DNA of 63,513 nt, filler included, from Reclinomonas americana ATCC 50394 (GCA_048213135.1; 21 parts of 21 records of this genome joined end to end with filler, not necessarily neighbours in it), one strand, 5' to 3'; counted from the first letter of the whole stretch, positions 1 to 13,600 are shown. Numbers and translations are program-made. Notes: generated from the sequence alone by a model not told the origin.

Positions 1-143
1 CCGAGGATCTCGCCCTGGCGAACGTCGAGCGAGACGCCCTTCAGCGCCCGCAAGCCGCCGAAGCTGCGCTCGATCCCGGCGCAGGAGAGCGCGACGGGCG
101 CGCCTGCGACGCTCGTGGCGGGGCGGTATTGGACCTCATTCAT
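1..143 (-). CDS. ABC transporter ATP-binding protein, LivG-like (5' fragment, bacterial)
   Basis: Manual translation MNEVQYRPATSVAGAPVALSCAGIERSFGGLRALKGVSLDVRQGEILG matches the typical N-terminus of branched-chain amino acid ABC ATPases. Truncated at the window edge. Confidence 0.8.
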   Translation of the reverse strand, partial: MNEVQYRPATSVAGAPVALSCAGIERSFGGLRALKGVSLDVRQGEIL

Positions 144-315
144 TCGAGACACCCGCAACAGCCGGCCGAAGAGCCGCAATCGGCGACCCAAACCCCGATA
201 TCTGCGGGCGCCCGGCACACATGCGGCGCCGCCGCGCGAACGGCGTTGACTCCCACGGCATCCTCCCCGGCTGCGCTGGCTTGTTGGCTCAATAGGCGTC
301 AGCTCGATACAGCTA

Positions 316-330
316 ATGAATAGAATTCAT
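316..330. promoter_or_regulatory. Candidate TetR operator ATGAAT-N3-ATTCAT
   Basis: Perfect 6-bp inverted repeat upstream of the ABC gene. Degenerate copies at 1608-1622 and 1746-1760. Confidence 0.5.
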
Positions 331-465
331 CTCTTACTGTCAACTCTCCAGGCGATCGGTTTCCGCCCTGTCAGCAGGTTGGAATTTTCGCACGGGCACG
401 CCCGGAGTACCCCGTTCGCGCCGACCAGCGCACGCCTCTCAGCCGAACACCTCAATGAACCCGGC

Positions 466-1545
466 TCAGTCCACCGGCCCGCCAACGGTCCGGCACGACA
501 GATTCACGGCGCCTGCCAAGGTCGCCTCGTATTCTTCGGCCAATCGCCGGCATAGCTCGGATGCAGCGGGCAGGTCATCGATCGCACCGACACCCTGCCC
601 GGCCGCCCAGATATCGCGCCAGGCCTTGGCCTCCGTCGTACCGAAATCATAGCTCGCCGGCTTGCCGAGATCGTCGGGATCGCGCCCCGCTGCCAGGATG
701 CTCGCACGCAGGAAATTGCCATGCACGCCACTGATCGCCGGGGTGTAGACGATGTCGGCGGCAGACGAATCGAGCAGCATCGAGCGCAGCGCCTGCGGCG
801 CCATGCTCTCCTGCGTTGCCATGAAACGCGTGCCGAGATAGGCCATGTCGGCGCCCGCCAGCCGGGCGGCCGCGACCTGCGCTCCATTGCTCAAAGCCCC
901 GCCAAGCACGAGGGTACCGTCGAAGATGCGGCGGATATCGGCGAGCGCCGCGAACGGATTGAGCGGCCCGGCATGGCCGCCGGCGCCAGCAGAGACAGCA
1001 ATCAGCCCGTCGACGCCAGCATCGGCCGCCTTGGCGGCAAAGGCGAGGTTGATCACNNNNNNNNNNNNNNNNNNNNNNNNNNNNNNNNNNNNNNNNNNNN
1101 TTAATTAATTAANNNNNNNNNNNNNNNNNNNNNNNNNNNNNNNNNNNNNNNNNNNNAAGGCGAGGTTGATCACATCATGGAAGACCAACCCGCCATAGCC
1201 ATGTACCGCCTTGATCAGGTCGCGATTGAGACCAAGCGAGGTGATGACCAGCGGCACCTTGCGCTCGACCACGACGGCAAGATCGGCCTCCAGCCGCGGA
1301 TTGCTGCGGTGAACCACCAGGTTGACACCGAAAGGCGCAACCTCACCCCCAACTCCCAGCCGCCCTTCGATCTCATCGAGCCAGTCGGCGAAGCCGGCGG
1401 TGGTCCGCTGGTTGAGCGCCGGGAAACTGCCGACGACGCCATTGCGGCAGCAGGAGACGACGAGATCCGGCCCCGACATCAGGAACATCGGCGCGGCGAT
1501 GACGGGAACGCGCAGGCGTCCGGCGAAAGCGGCAGGCAACGGCAA
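466..1545 (-). CDS. Nitronate monooxygenase / 2-nitropropane dioxygenase family flavoprotein (bacterial), split by a linker
   Basis: Motifs PVIAAPMF, AGAGGHAG, GADMAYLGTRF and WAAGQG. The two halves share a 17-bp overlap (1040-1056 = 1157-1173), so they form one gene. Confidence 0.9.
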
Positions 1546-1853
1546 GGATCCCTCCCTCTAGCGATGCGATATCCGGCCGCGACGCAAGACGGCGCGGCAC
1601 AGAATCAATGAACGTGACTTATCAAGTCCTCCGGGAGCGCCGCCGCCGACAGAATGCGAGATCATCCGCCAAGCCGAAGCGCCGCCGACATTGCCTCGAC
1701 CAGCCTTCCGACGTACCCCGCGTTCCCGCTTGCGGCACGATAGTGATGAATGGTATTTATTAGCGCTGCGCCGGCCCGGCCTTGCGCAAAACCCTCGACC
1801 GGCTTTACCAGCCCCGCCGGCGCGCCGCCGCTTGGCCTCAGCAAGGATCGTCG

Positions 1854-2162
1854 ATGCCGCCCCGCACTGCCCTGAAGCGCCAGGTCAACCGGCTGCCGCC
1901 CGAGCGGCGCATCTCCGACATCATGGCCGCGGCCAAGGAGGTCTTCGTCGAGAAGGGCTACAACGACGCGCTGATCACCGATATCGCGCTGCGCGCCGGC
2001 GTGGTCGAAGGCAGCATCTACCGCTTCTTCGCCAACAAGCGCGAATTGCTGGTCAAGGTCGTCGAGCACTGGTTCGAGGAGATGCTGCGCGACGACGCCG
2101 AGCAGTTCGCCGCGGTGCGCGGCAGCTGGAACCAGATCCGCTTCATCATCTACACGCACCTG
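1854..2162 (+). CDS. TetR/AcrR family transcriptional regulator (partial, bacterial)
   Basis: N-terminal HTH IMAAAKEVFVEKGYNDALITDIALRAGVVEGSIYRFFANKRELL, with an AAGGA RBS-like sequence upstream. Confidence 0.9.
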
Positions 2163-2262
2163 NNNNNNNNNNNNNNNNNNNNNNNNNNNNNNNNNNNNNN
2201 NNNNNNTTAATTAATTAANNNNNNNNNNNNNNNNNNNNNNNNNNNNNNNNNNNNNNNNNNNN

Positions 2263-5200
2263 TGGACTCATTTCAGCATCACCGTCTTCACGTTGACCAC
2301 ATTCTGTCATGCGTCGCACGAGTGACGAGGCCACTGCGTTGTCGAATCCAACAGACGGCAGATTTCCCTTGACGCACAGATCACCGATCCACTCCACCGC
2401 CCCACACTGCACTAGAAGCCCGTTCGCACCAGCAGCATCACTCGCCCACATACCAACATCCTCACTCAACCGTCGCCACACCGTGTGCAGCACGCCAAGC
2501 AAGTCCCGTGACACCAGCAGAACACCTTCACTGTCGTTCCGTGAATCAACGCCATTCAGTACACAGCACACCAGTCGCATAATCAGTCGCTGCGCCCGTG
2601 ACACGGCATCCCCACACCGTCCCACAATCCACCCAGCAATCTCGTCGTGCACTCGATACTCCACCACCACGCCAGCACCCTTCCCTATTTGCTCACCACA
2701 CAACAAACGGGCCACACTGTCCATGCTGCCACTGACACCCACTGTCACCAGATTCGACAAACACAAACCCTCGAGCACATCTTCCACTCCATCCCCATCA
2801 CCACCCACCAACTCAACACGTCGTGCACGCACTCGTTGCTCCTCCTCCTCACTCATCTCGTCAAATTGCAATCGCTCCCCCACCACCTCAGGCGCACGCC
2901 GTCGTCTCTCCTGCGCCAGTTCATGCAGTCGCAGTCGACGCACACACGGACCCAACTCCACAAGTCGGCTTGCCGCCTCCTCATCTTCATCACCACCACC
3001 AACAGCCATCGTCATGTCGGGAATCACCCGCAACACACCCAGAGCCACTCGTGCGAAAGCCACGGTCACTGGTAAGCCGAGTTCCTTGCATGCAGTGATC
3101 AGCACCAACAGACGACGTGCTGCTGCTGTCTGCGACATCACATTCCGTTCCAGCAGCTGCGACAGTGCATCACCACCAATGCCACTCAGCACCTCTTCCA
3201 GTTGCGCTCCCACCAGCTGTGCTGCCGACTGGGACAGCAACCAGCTGCATGATGAAGAAGAGAAGAAGGGTGAGTTTTCATCAACGACACTACGTCAATC
3301 ACTTACTCACCCAACACAAGCACTCACTCGCAGTGCACTCTTTTCCTGCTGTCCGCTCTTCAGCGCCTCCACAATCCGTCGTCGCACATCCACTGACACC
3401 TTGTGGCGCAGTCGCTCCTCCACCAGCTGCACAATGTCCTCGTTCTCCACACTCTCCACTCGCACACACTCCACCTCCGCCTCGTGCATCATCGAGTCAC
3501 GAATCTCATCCGCCACTTGTCCATATCGACTCGTCACCACCACAATCGGTGCCACCATTCCACCTGCACAGACAGACACACATATACGATGCACATCAAG
3601 TCAGGATCCTACATCCAACCAAGTAAGAGAATTCTCTTACATGACACACGCACCCCCATCAGCACATTCAACAACACTCCTCACTTGCTCCTTCGATCCC
3701 ACATTGTCCAGCACCATCACTCCACTCGATGCGTGCATCAACTGTCGCAGGAGACGACGTGCTGGCTCCACCTCGCCACTCGCCAGCAGCGCATCTACCT
3801 GACCGGCCATTTTTCGTCCCTCCACTTCATCCACTCGCATCTGCGCTGTCACAAAGGCACACAGACTCTCGCCGAGTGCACTCTCCGCCTGCAGCACGTG
3901 ACAAAGAGAGAGAAAGATAGAGTCAGAATGACAGTCTGAAGAGATGACGCAGCATGAAATACAACATGCATGTTACTCAGCACACCTTCACATGCTCCGT
4001 CGCATCACCCACATGACCACGCATCTCCACCGACACGGCCGATCCCTTCCATCGACGAGTGGCCAGCAGCTCGGTCACCAGCAGCTCGGCCAGGAACGAC
4101 TTGCCAGTGCCACCATCGCCCGTCAGCACCACCATGATTGGATGGTGTGCTGCGCAAGAATCATCACCACCAACAAGATGAGAAAAATGAATATGGAACG
4201 GTAAGGGAGAATGAGAAGGAGCACCCAACCTTCAAAAGCATCCACGATGCGCGTGGCGAGTGAGGCAGCCAGTGCACGTCGAGTGGGGAAGCGGAATGCG
4301 GTTACTGGATTGACTGTGCGGGCCACGAGCGGTGTCTTGTGTGGGCGAATGCTGTCTTGTGCTGTGTGGCAAAGAGAGAGTGAGCAGAGCAATGCACATC
4401 CAATGCAGGTCCACCACGGAACACACCTGCAGCTGAGGGAGAAGACGGGGAGACGCTCATTGTGCTCAACTGCTGTCGCATGAGCTCCATCTGCGCGAGC
4501 AGTATGGCCTGATTCTGAACAATTTTATGTGAATGACATAAACAATGAGTCATCCGCAAGCGACTGCCCTCCTCATGCATTCCCACTCAACTTGCTCCAT
4601 TTGTGCCAGCAGCGAGTCTTGGTCAGCCTGACTCAATGCGCCTGCATTCACACACAAGCAAGACAGCATCCGCTATCATATTCGATTACATCATTAACAC
4701 ACAGACACATCTCTCTCCCCACTCACCATCGCGAGCCTCGTTCAGCTGCACCACCAATTCCTCCTCCACATCCCTGCCAATCTGTAGCCGCCTAACAAGC
4801 TGATGCAACTCGCCCTCTTCTCCTCCGACACCGAGCAGAGGCACAAAGAGTGCACGAGCTCGTGCAGGACTCGCTTGCTCAAACAGCTCCCTCATTCGCT
4901 CAATTGCATTGCGCTGTGTGACAATGAGAGAGTGAGAGACACAATCACACACAGAGGGAGAGATCACACTCTTCCTCCTTTTCCATCTCATCTCCTTCTC
5001 ATTCTCAAACACGCACCACATCGCCAGCCGGAATCAGACGATCCGGCTCGTCTCTCGGGTGCTCTCGATGACCCGCCAGCAGCAAGATCGAGCAACACAG
5101 CATCGCATCAAACGAACTGCAGTCGTGCAGCTGGCCTCGCTGACGCCACTCGCGCACCAGCTGACGCTCCTTCTCGTTCAACTGGACACACATGTCCACT

Positions 5201-5788
5201 CCATCTGGCATGGTGCTGCAACGTGGGAAAGGCACAATGAGAAGAGAGGATGTTGGTGAGTGAGGGAATGTGTGTGACAAGAAAGAGGGGCATTCATCAG
5301 GGATGGAATGTTAAAGTCGTGTGGTGTGAGGATGAAGAGTGCGAGAAGGGGGAGAAAGAGATGACCAGTGCAGTCACTATTTGCCGCTTGCTTGCGGCAA
5401 TCATATCTCTTCTCTCATTCACATCTCCATTCTGCATCTCGCCAATATGTGCTCCCATATCTTCCCCACACACACTCACCGCACATCACGCTCACTCGGC
5501 GCCTTGCACCACTCGGCAACGTGATTCACACCGGGATACGAATCGAGAAACGCCGGCAGCACTTGCTCGAGTTTGGATTGCAGTGCGCGGGTGCATGGAC
5601 GAGACAGGGCCTTGGCAAGGCGCATCGCGCACTCATCACCAGCATCGAGATGACTGCACGAGAGAGGAGAGGAAGTGACAGGGAACGAATCAGACACAAT
5701 GTGAGAACGACGTTGCAGATGCATCTGACAATAACACAATGAGAAAAAAGACACGCAACTCACGCGGCACTCCACTCCCACTCGCCAT
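2263..5788 (-). CDS. P-loop NTPase (NB-ARC/STAND-like) protein, multi-exon, paralog A, 3' truncated
   Basis: Walker A VVLTGDGGTGKSFLA, Walker B GVMVLDNV, sensor VVVTSR and a YRVHDEI motif. GT-AG introns. Aligns by eye with paralog B. Confidence 0.7.
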
Positions 5789-6400
5789 GATGATGCGTCA
5801 CAACAAGAAGAACAACAACAGCACACAGACAGATGCACAAGGGAATGTCACGCGCTCTCTCTCTCTCTCTCTCTCTCTCCACAATAAGAAGCGGAGAAAT
5901 GCAACAGCTCACTCTCCTTCTCTCCTTTCTCTCTCGCACGCACACACAGCAGGTGATGATACTGACACAGAACAGAACGAGAACACACGCTCACTTCCTC
6001 TCACAAAGCAACAGAACTTGTTGTCAACCAAACGAATGAACCACTGAAGTCTTGCCACTCTCTTCCCTTCTCCACTCTCATGCGCCGCGCCGCTCACGAC
6101 AGCGACGACAGTGATGATGACGAACCCGAGTCCTCAAGACAGCTGTAGCTTGTTTTGTTGGAGAATGGGTGTATGTGCTTGTTGTCGCACAGAAGAGAGT
6201 TTCGTGTGTTGGTCTCCTAGTGCATGTCTCTATCCGTGTGTGCAGGTGCTGACGTCGACACCAGAGCTTCCACATCAGCCTGTCTCCAACAGCCCTTCCC
6301 AATCCACCCTTCCCCATCCCACCTTCCCCATCTCAGCCCTTCCTCACATTCCAGCTTTTGTTGTACACTGCCCAACTCCTTACACCTTCTCAGCATCAAC

Positions 6401-7661
6401 TCAATACGACGACAACATCGACTGCGCCGCCGTGGTCGACGACGGTCCAAACACCTTCATCTGCAACGCCTTCTTCTCCGCGTCCAAGCGATCGCGCCAG
6501 CGCCGCCTTTCGTCGTCAATCAGCGTCTCCAATTCCTGCACACACAAGACATCAGCTTCTTCTCCACTCTCCATCTCCCTTGTCCACCACCTCCCTCACG
6601 CAACATGAATCTTTTGCGCCAATTGATCATTCTTCTGCGAGCACGACGTGATATCGTTGGCCGTCGAGTTGATCGACTGCTCCAGCTTGAAAAACGTGTC
6701 CTCGCGCTGCTTCATCACCTCCTTAAAGTACTGCTCGTGCCGCTGGAACGCCTCCGAAAACGTCAACGCCGACGACGACGACAGCAGCGACTTGGGCGGC
6801 AACAGCGTCCCACCCGTCGACGGCGACGGTCGCAGTGCCGACGATCGCGCATTCCCACTGCCCGCGTTGCCGGCATTGCTCGCATTCGCCGCGGCCGCAG
6901 CAGCAGCGGCGGCCGAGGCCGAAGGAGCCCCGCGCACAGGCGTGTTCAGATCGGTCATGGCCAGTGCGGGTTTCATCGAGCTGCCGACGAGTCGCGTCGA
7001 TGACAGTGTCGACTCGTAGAGAGCGGGTGGGGCGGTGGCCGAGGGTGCGGCGGAGGAGGAGGAAGAGGTGTTGCGGTACGAGGGTGAGGCGAAAGAGGTC
7101 TTCAGGTCGAGAGAGGAGGGCTTGCCGGAGCCCATCGAGAGGTACTGAGCGGCTTCGTGGGCCGGGAGTTGAATGACGAAGTCTGGAAAGGGGGGGAGAA
7201 GGGGAAGGGTGAGGGGTAAGGTGAGGGTGGAGGGGGGGAGGGGGGGGGGGGGAGGGGAAGAGCAAGGGGGAAGAGCAAAGGGGGGAGAGCAAGGGGAAAG
7301 AAGAGGAAGAGCNNNNNNNNNNNNNNNNNNNNNNNNNNNNNNNNNNNNNNNNNNNNTTAATTAATTAANNNNNNNNNNNNNNNNNNNNNNNNNNNNNNNN
7401 NNNNNNNNNNNNGGGGGAGAGCAAAGGGGGAAGAGCCAAGGGGGAAGAGCCAAGGAAGAAGAGCAAGGGGGAAGAGAGGGGGGAGAGACGGGGAAGAGAA
7501 GGGGGAGGGAGGGGGGAGGGAGGGGAAGAGGAAGGGGAAGAGGAAGGGGGAAGAGGAAGGGGAAGAGGAAGGGGGAAGAGGAAGGGGAGGGGAAGAGGGG
7601 AAGAGCAAGGGGGAACAGCAAGGGGGGAGAGACACTGAGAGAGCTAGAGACAGACAGACTC

Positions 7662-7711
<50 letters not shown>

Positions 7712-8399
7712 AGAGAAGGAAGAGAGAGAGCACAGAGCAAGGGGGACGAGGGCCGAGGAAGAGACACGTACTGAGAGCAACAGACAGACAGACTCAGAGA
7801 GAGGAGAAAAGAAGACACAGGGCCAAGGAAGAGACAAGAATGAGCGTGAGAGGGCTCACAGCAGTGACAGTGAGAGCGAGCGTGCGTGTGTGCGAGAGAG
7901 AGAGAGAAAGAGAGAGAGAAGAGAGGGAGAGAAAGAGCGAGAGACAGAAAAGACAGAGGAAAGAAGACAGGGCCAAGGAAAACACACGAGTGTGTGAGAG
8001 AGGGCCCACAGCAGAGACAGAGAGAGAGAGAGCGTGTGCGTGTGTGCGAGAGAGGAAGAGAGAGAGAAGAGAGGGCGCGTGCAACGGACGCACACACAGA
8101 GAGAGTGTGTGAGTTTGAGAGACGCAACTTGCAGGGACATAGCCTCTGAGTTCAGGCTGGCGGGCCAGTTGAACTTCAAGCCAGTCGTCTTGAGGCAGAT
8201 CTGAGTGTGTGCAAGAGCAGTGAGGGCCCGACCTCGTTGCAACATGGCCCACTCTCTCACTCAAGACTCAGACACAAACACTCGCTCTTTTCTCTTTCTC
8301 TGCTTGCTCACCTGCGGACATGACAATGTCGCCCTTGGTCACTGAGAGCTCACTCTCTTCATCGGCGGTGTGGTCGTAAAGCACGCGATACACTCTCAT
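6401..8399 (-). CDS. SH3-domain protein with Ser/Ala-rich linker and C-terminal coiled coil (spans a linker)
   Basis: YRVLYDHTADEESELSVTKGD..DDWLEV..RGYVPA|NFV. Splicing from 8129 to 7182 completes the SH3 P-x-N-F/Y motif and stays in frame with ORF 6596-7135. Confidence 0.85.
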
Positions 8400-9076
8400 G
8401 TTTTTGTGCAATAAAACAAGGTGATTGGAGGCGCTGTGAATTGTCAATCCGTCGGTTCGAATGTCCGACAATGCAATAATTGGTGGCGCGTGACGAAGAA
8501 GCGGTCGCTGAAGCAGAGTACTTTTGGGGGGATGCGGGCCAGTGGGGATCTGGATGGTAGGAACCGAGTTCTGAAGAATTCGAATTTAAAAACACAAACT
8601 TCGCGACGCCGACGTCGCGCGCAGCAACTGGCGGCACAATTCCAAGGTGAGGTCAGAGCTATCGTTGTACTCCTTGAACTTACTCGATGTTATCGAGTGT
8701 CGACAAACGAGAATTGTTTGGAATTCGAGATATCGATCGATACCTGAATTCGGATCAACGATTTCTGGCTCGTTCATGCCCTCTCCGAGAACCCATGCTT
8801 CTGGCCAGCCATGCATACCAGAACGTGATGTCGAACTCAGCTTTACAACAACAACAACGACANNNNNNNNNNNNNNNNNNNNNNNNNNNNNNNNNNNNNN
8901 NNNNNNTTAATTAATTAANNNNNNNNNNNNNNNNNNNNNNNNNNNNNNNNNNNNNNNNNNNNTTGACCCCGTTTGCCCACGTCATGCGCAGTCGCATAAT
9001 CACTGCCGGTGTGCGCTGTTGCGCGAGTGTGAGTAGCTGTGTGTGTGAGAGAGATGGAGACAGATGAGGGACGAAC

Positions 9077-9164
9077 CCGAGGGTTGTACTCTGAATTGCG
9101 CGTGCTCATCGCCAGCCGCAGGAGATCCACCGGGCAGCCGACGTTGAAGGTCGCAGCCACGTTG
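9077..9164 (-). CDS. TBP/TRF-like (TATA-binding protein family) exon
   Basis: NVAATFNVGCPVDLLRLAMSTRNSEYNPR resembles the start of the TBP core repeat (NIVSTVNLGC.LDL..IA..ARNAEYNPK). Flanked by AG and GT. Confidence 0.65.
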
Positions 9165-9639
9165 CTGGGGGAGAGGCAAAGTGAGCGATGGGGGAAGAGG
9201 CGAGGGAGAGGGAGAGGGGGGGACAAAAGGAGACGAGAAAGAGGATGCCAGCTGAGTGGACGCAGCGTGGAAGACTGACAGCCAGAAACAGAAGAAGAAG
9301 AGAAGACACAGAAGGAGCTATGAGACAGAAGAAGGAGAAAAGACACAGAAGGAGCTATGGCTGCAGTCGGGTGTGGGAAGAGGCAGCAAGAGGCACATGA
9401 CAAAGAGGCAGATAGTCAAGAAGTAATCAAGTAGAGCACCTGCTGTCTCTTCGCCATGTGCTTCTTGCCGTGCCTCTTCTCTCTTGGTGCTCGTGCACCT
9501 ATCTGTGCAGACCTTTTGCGGTCTCTTGCGCTCTTCATGGCCTTCTGCCTCATTATTAAATGAGCCTCTTGGTGACTCCTCTCTCTCTCTGTCTCTCTCT
9601 CTATCTCTCTCTCTCTCGATGAAGGTGATGATGAGTAAT

Positions 9640-10240
9640 ACTCAGAAGACGACCAGCACAGAGAGTGAAAAACAAGCAGCAAGAGGCATATGACAAACAG
9701 ACAGAAGCGAAAGAGACAGAAGACGAGCACAGATTCAAGCACATCCAACGGAAGAGAGAGATACGAGGCAGCAAAAAGAACACGACAGCGAGGCAGAAGG
9801 CGATGAAATCAGCAAGAGGCAGAAGACGACCTGCACACAGATAGAAACAAGCAGCAAGAGGCACATGACAACAGGCAGCAGAAGATGAGCACAGATTCAA
9901 GCACATGCAACGGAAGAGAGAGAGAGAGACACGAGGCGGCAAGAAGAACACGACAGCGAGGCAGAAGGCGATGAAATCAGCAAGAGGCAGAACAAGACCT
10001 GAACAGAGAGAGAAGACAAGCAGCAAGAGGCACATGACAACAGGCAGCAGAAGACGAGCACAGATTCAAGCACATGCAACGGAAGAGAGAGAGAGAGAGA
10101 GACACGAGGCGGCAAGAAGAACATGACACCGAGACAGAAGGCGATGAAATCAGCAAGAGGCAGAAGAAGACCTGCACACAGAGAGAGAGAGAGAGAGAAC
10201 AGGCACATGACAGCGAGGCAGTAGCGCATGAGACAAAAAA
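9640..10240. repeat. Tandem repeat, about 170-bp unit, 3-4 copies
   Basis: Recurring GCAGAAGGCGATGAAATCAGCAAGAGGCAGAA...GAGCACAGATTCAAGCACAT blocks. Confidence 0.8.
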
Positions 10241-10622
10241 TCGAGCACAGATACATCGGAGGAGAGGAGAGANNNNNNNNNNNNNNNNNNNNNNNNNNNN
10301 NNNNNNNNNNNNNNNNTTAATTAATTAANNNNNNNNNNNNNNNNNNNNNNNNNNNNNNNNNNNNNNNNNNNNTCTTCTTCTTCTCTCTTCTTCTTCTTCT
10401 TCTCTCTCCTCTTCTTCCTCCTCCTCCTTCTTCTCCTCCTTCTTCTTCTCGTTCTTCTTCATCTTCTTCTGCACTTACTGACGATCGCTCTTTTTCCGTT
10501 TGAGCTTGTAGAAGCATTTCTTCCGTACTGTTCCTCTCTCTCTCTCTCCCTACCCCTCATCTCTCTCACTCCCTCACCCTCTCTCTTCTTCTCCCTTCTC
10601 CTCCTCATTCCCTTCATTACAG

Positions 10623-13600
10623 CTCCGCCTCCTCACTGATCGCCTGCACGATTCACCCCATCGAGGCCTTCTGCTTCCCCAGTCGTCGCGAGCATGCCGT
10701 CGAGGTCGCCACTCGTGTCATCGATGCCGTGCAAGGTGCAGCACCAATCTCGCAGCCACCTCACCGCCCTTCAACTTATCTCTTTCTCCTATAAAAAGCA
10801 CATCGACCAGCGCTGGTCGTGGTGAGCGGTGCCGGCGGCAACGGCAAGTCGTTCTTCGCCGAGCTGTTGGTGACAGAGCTGCGGAGAACAGGGCGATGGA
10901 ACGGCTCGGATGTGTCAGTGGAGATGCGCGGTCACTTAGGCGATGCAAGGGAGCACGTGCAGGTACCGGGCGATGCTTTTGCAGTGGTGGGGTTTTTGCC
11001 TCTGGGGCTGACTGTGTCTGCAGGCGACGAGTGCACTGGAGACGTGCCTGCGTGCATTTGTCGCCGCGCAGATGCGCGTGGAGGCAGAAGCGGGCGCGCG
11101 AATGGCCAACGAGGTGGATGCGCTGGTTGGCAGTGGTGAAGTGCATGCTGTGCGGCGACGCGCCCGGCAGCTGATGGAGGCGTCGAGTGGAGTGCTGGTG
11201 TTGGATAATGTCGGCTCGAGGGAGCAAGTGTGGGAGGTGGTGCGCGGAGAAGATGATGGTGCGTTGTAGAAGAAGTGTCTGGAGTGAGAGAGGGGAGATT
11301 GGAGAATACGATGAGCGACACAGATGAGAGGTGCAGCGAGCACAGAGAGATGAAGAGTGTGTGTGTGAGAGAGACGGAGGCAGCATGAGAGTTGTTGAAT
11401 GTTTGGCTGCAGAATTCGTGGCGCCGGTGGTGATTGTGACGAGTCGACGCGAGACGCTGGCTGACGAACTGCGTCAGCTTCTGGGTGAGGGCGCGCTGGT
11501 GGAGTCCGTGCGACTGGAGAGCGTGGTGGAGAACGACATTGAGCAGCTGGTGGAGGAGCGGCTGCGTGACCGAGTGGGCGAGGACGTGCAACGACGCGTG
11601 GTGCATGCGCTGGAGAATGGGCATCACAGCGCGTTGCGCGTGAGTGCGTGTTTGGGGTGAGTGTGCTTTGAAGAGTAGAGGAGTGAAGATTGTCTTCCCC
11701 TTCAGTCTCTCTCCTCCTCCTCTCCTCTCTCCTCCTCCTCTCTCTCTCTCNNNNNNNNNNNNNNNNNNNNNNNNNNNNNNNNNNNNNNNNNNNNTTAATT
11801 AATTAANNNNNNNNNNNNNNNNNNNNNNNNNNNNNNNNNNNNNNNNNNNNCCCCACTCTCTCCCCTCTCTTCCCTTCTCCTCCCCTTCTCTTCCCCCTCC
11901 TCTTCCCCCCTCTCTTCCCCACTCGCACTTCCCCTTCCCCTTTCCCCCCTCCCTTCCCCCACTCTTCTCCTCCACCACCCCCCCCCCCCTCTTCTCCTCA
12001 TACCTCCTTCCCCTTCTACCCCCTTTCCCTTTCGCAGCTGGCTCCTCTCCTGCCCCCCGGACCAACTCTCCGGCGCCCCCCTGGAAGACACCCTGGCCGG
12101 CGTCGGCAGCGCTGCCCTCTCCCAGCTCCTGGAACGCAACCTGCTGGCACAGACCCCCACCGCCCGCCGCCTCCTCGTGCTCATTGCAACGTGCAAGGAG
12201 CTGGGCGTGAGCACCACTCCGCGATTCGTGCGCATGGCCATGGGCGTGCTGCGTGCCCTCCCTGACGTGATCGATGTGGAGGAGGTGGTCGCAGGGGAAG
12301 TGGAGGAGGAGGGAGAAGAGGGAGAAGAGGGAGAGGAGGGAGAGGAGGGAGAGGAGGGAGAAGAAGGCGGGCCGGCGGACGTGATGGAGGAGCAGTGCTT
12401 CCGACTGGTGATGCTGAGTGAGCGCATTCGACGACTGCGACTGCATCAGCACGCCCAGGCGAGGCGGCGACGCGCGCCGGATGTGGTCGGCAAGAAGCTG
12501 CAGTTTGACGAGATGACGAAGAAAGCCGCCGAAAAGATGCAAGAGCGGGTGCACGAGACCGTCAGTGGCGGCGGCGACGTCGAGTCGGCAGTCTCCGCGC
12601 TTTGCGCGGCCAATCTGGTGACGATCGGCGCCTCGTCCAGTGCCGACAGTTGGGTGCGCATTGTGTGCGGCGAGCCTGAAGGAGAGGGAGAGCAGCATCA
12701 GCAGGCGGCGGCGGTCGAGTATCGCGTGCACGACGAGATTGCTGAGTGGTTGCGGAATCGCGGCGACGGCAGTGGATTTGTGATGAGGCGCGCGATGCGC
12801 CTGCTTTTCCGCCTGCTCTGCTGCGTGGTGACGGCTGTCGACGCGGAACTCGACAAGGTCGGCATTTTGATGCTCTCACGAGACGCGCTGCACGTGCTGC
12901 AATGCGTGTGGAATCGCCTGAGCCACGCCGATGCAGTGTGGGAGGAGGGAATTGGACCGTTCGCCGAGCTGCTGCAGTGGCGCACCGCCGAATGGGTGTC
13001 GTATCTGCAGCGGACAAGCGCACTTCCCATTTGCGGCTTCGATCCCGAGGTGGACGAGCACCTCCTGCGACGGCTTGGTGACTACGACGATGACGCGCCC
13101 ATGGAATTGGATGTGGAGGAACGGGTGCTGATTTCCCGTCTTCGCTGCCGCAGCCGGCTGCACCAGCCGGGGCGCTCTGTCGACGACGCCGGCAATGCCA
13201 TTCAGCAAGCCTGGGAGTTGTGCTGTGCTCGGCAACCGACGGCCGTCTTGGAGACTCTCGACGCTCTCCGCTGCTACCAGGCCTACGCCATGTTTGTGGA
13301 TGGCGATGACGTGATTGCGGATTGCTGGAGTCGCTGCTGCGACATGCTGGGCGAGACGCACCCCGCCACGCTGTTTGCGCTCTTTAGCCACGGCATGCTG
13401 CTGGCCAACATTGGCTACTTCCCGCAGGCCGAGGCGTTGCATCGGGAGTGCCTGGAGAAGCGTCGGCGGGTCCTCGGCGAGGACCACGAAGACACCCTTG
13501 TGTCGCTCTACAACATCGCCTTTTGCATTCGCGATGAGGGGCGTCGCGCCGAAACCATTGCGTTGTTTCGCGAGTGTGTGGCACTCGGGCAGCGCACCGT

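Noticed and set aside
1057..1156. Recurring N44-TTAATTAATTAA-N44 element (20 copies)
   Set aside because: Artificial six-frame-stop linker. It is not biological and not a CRISPR repeat.
1..2262. Bacterial genes beside eukaryotic genes as evidence of HGT
   Set aside because: They are separated by a linker and have no introns. Co-assembly or contamination explains them.
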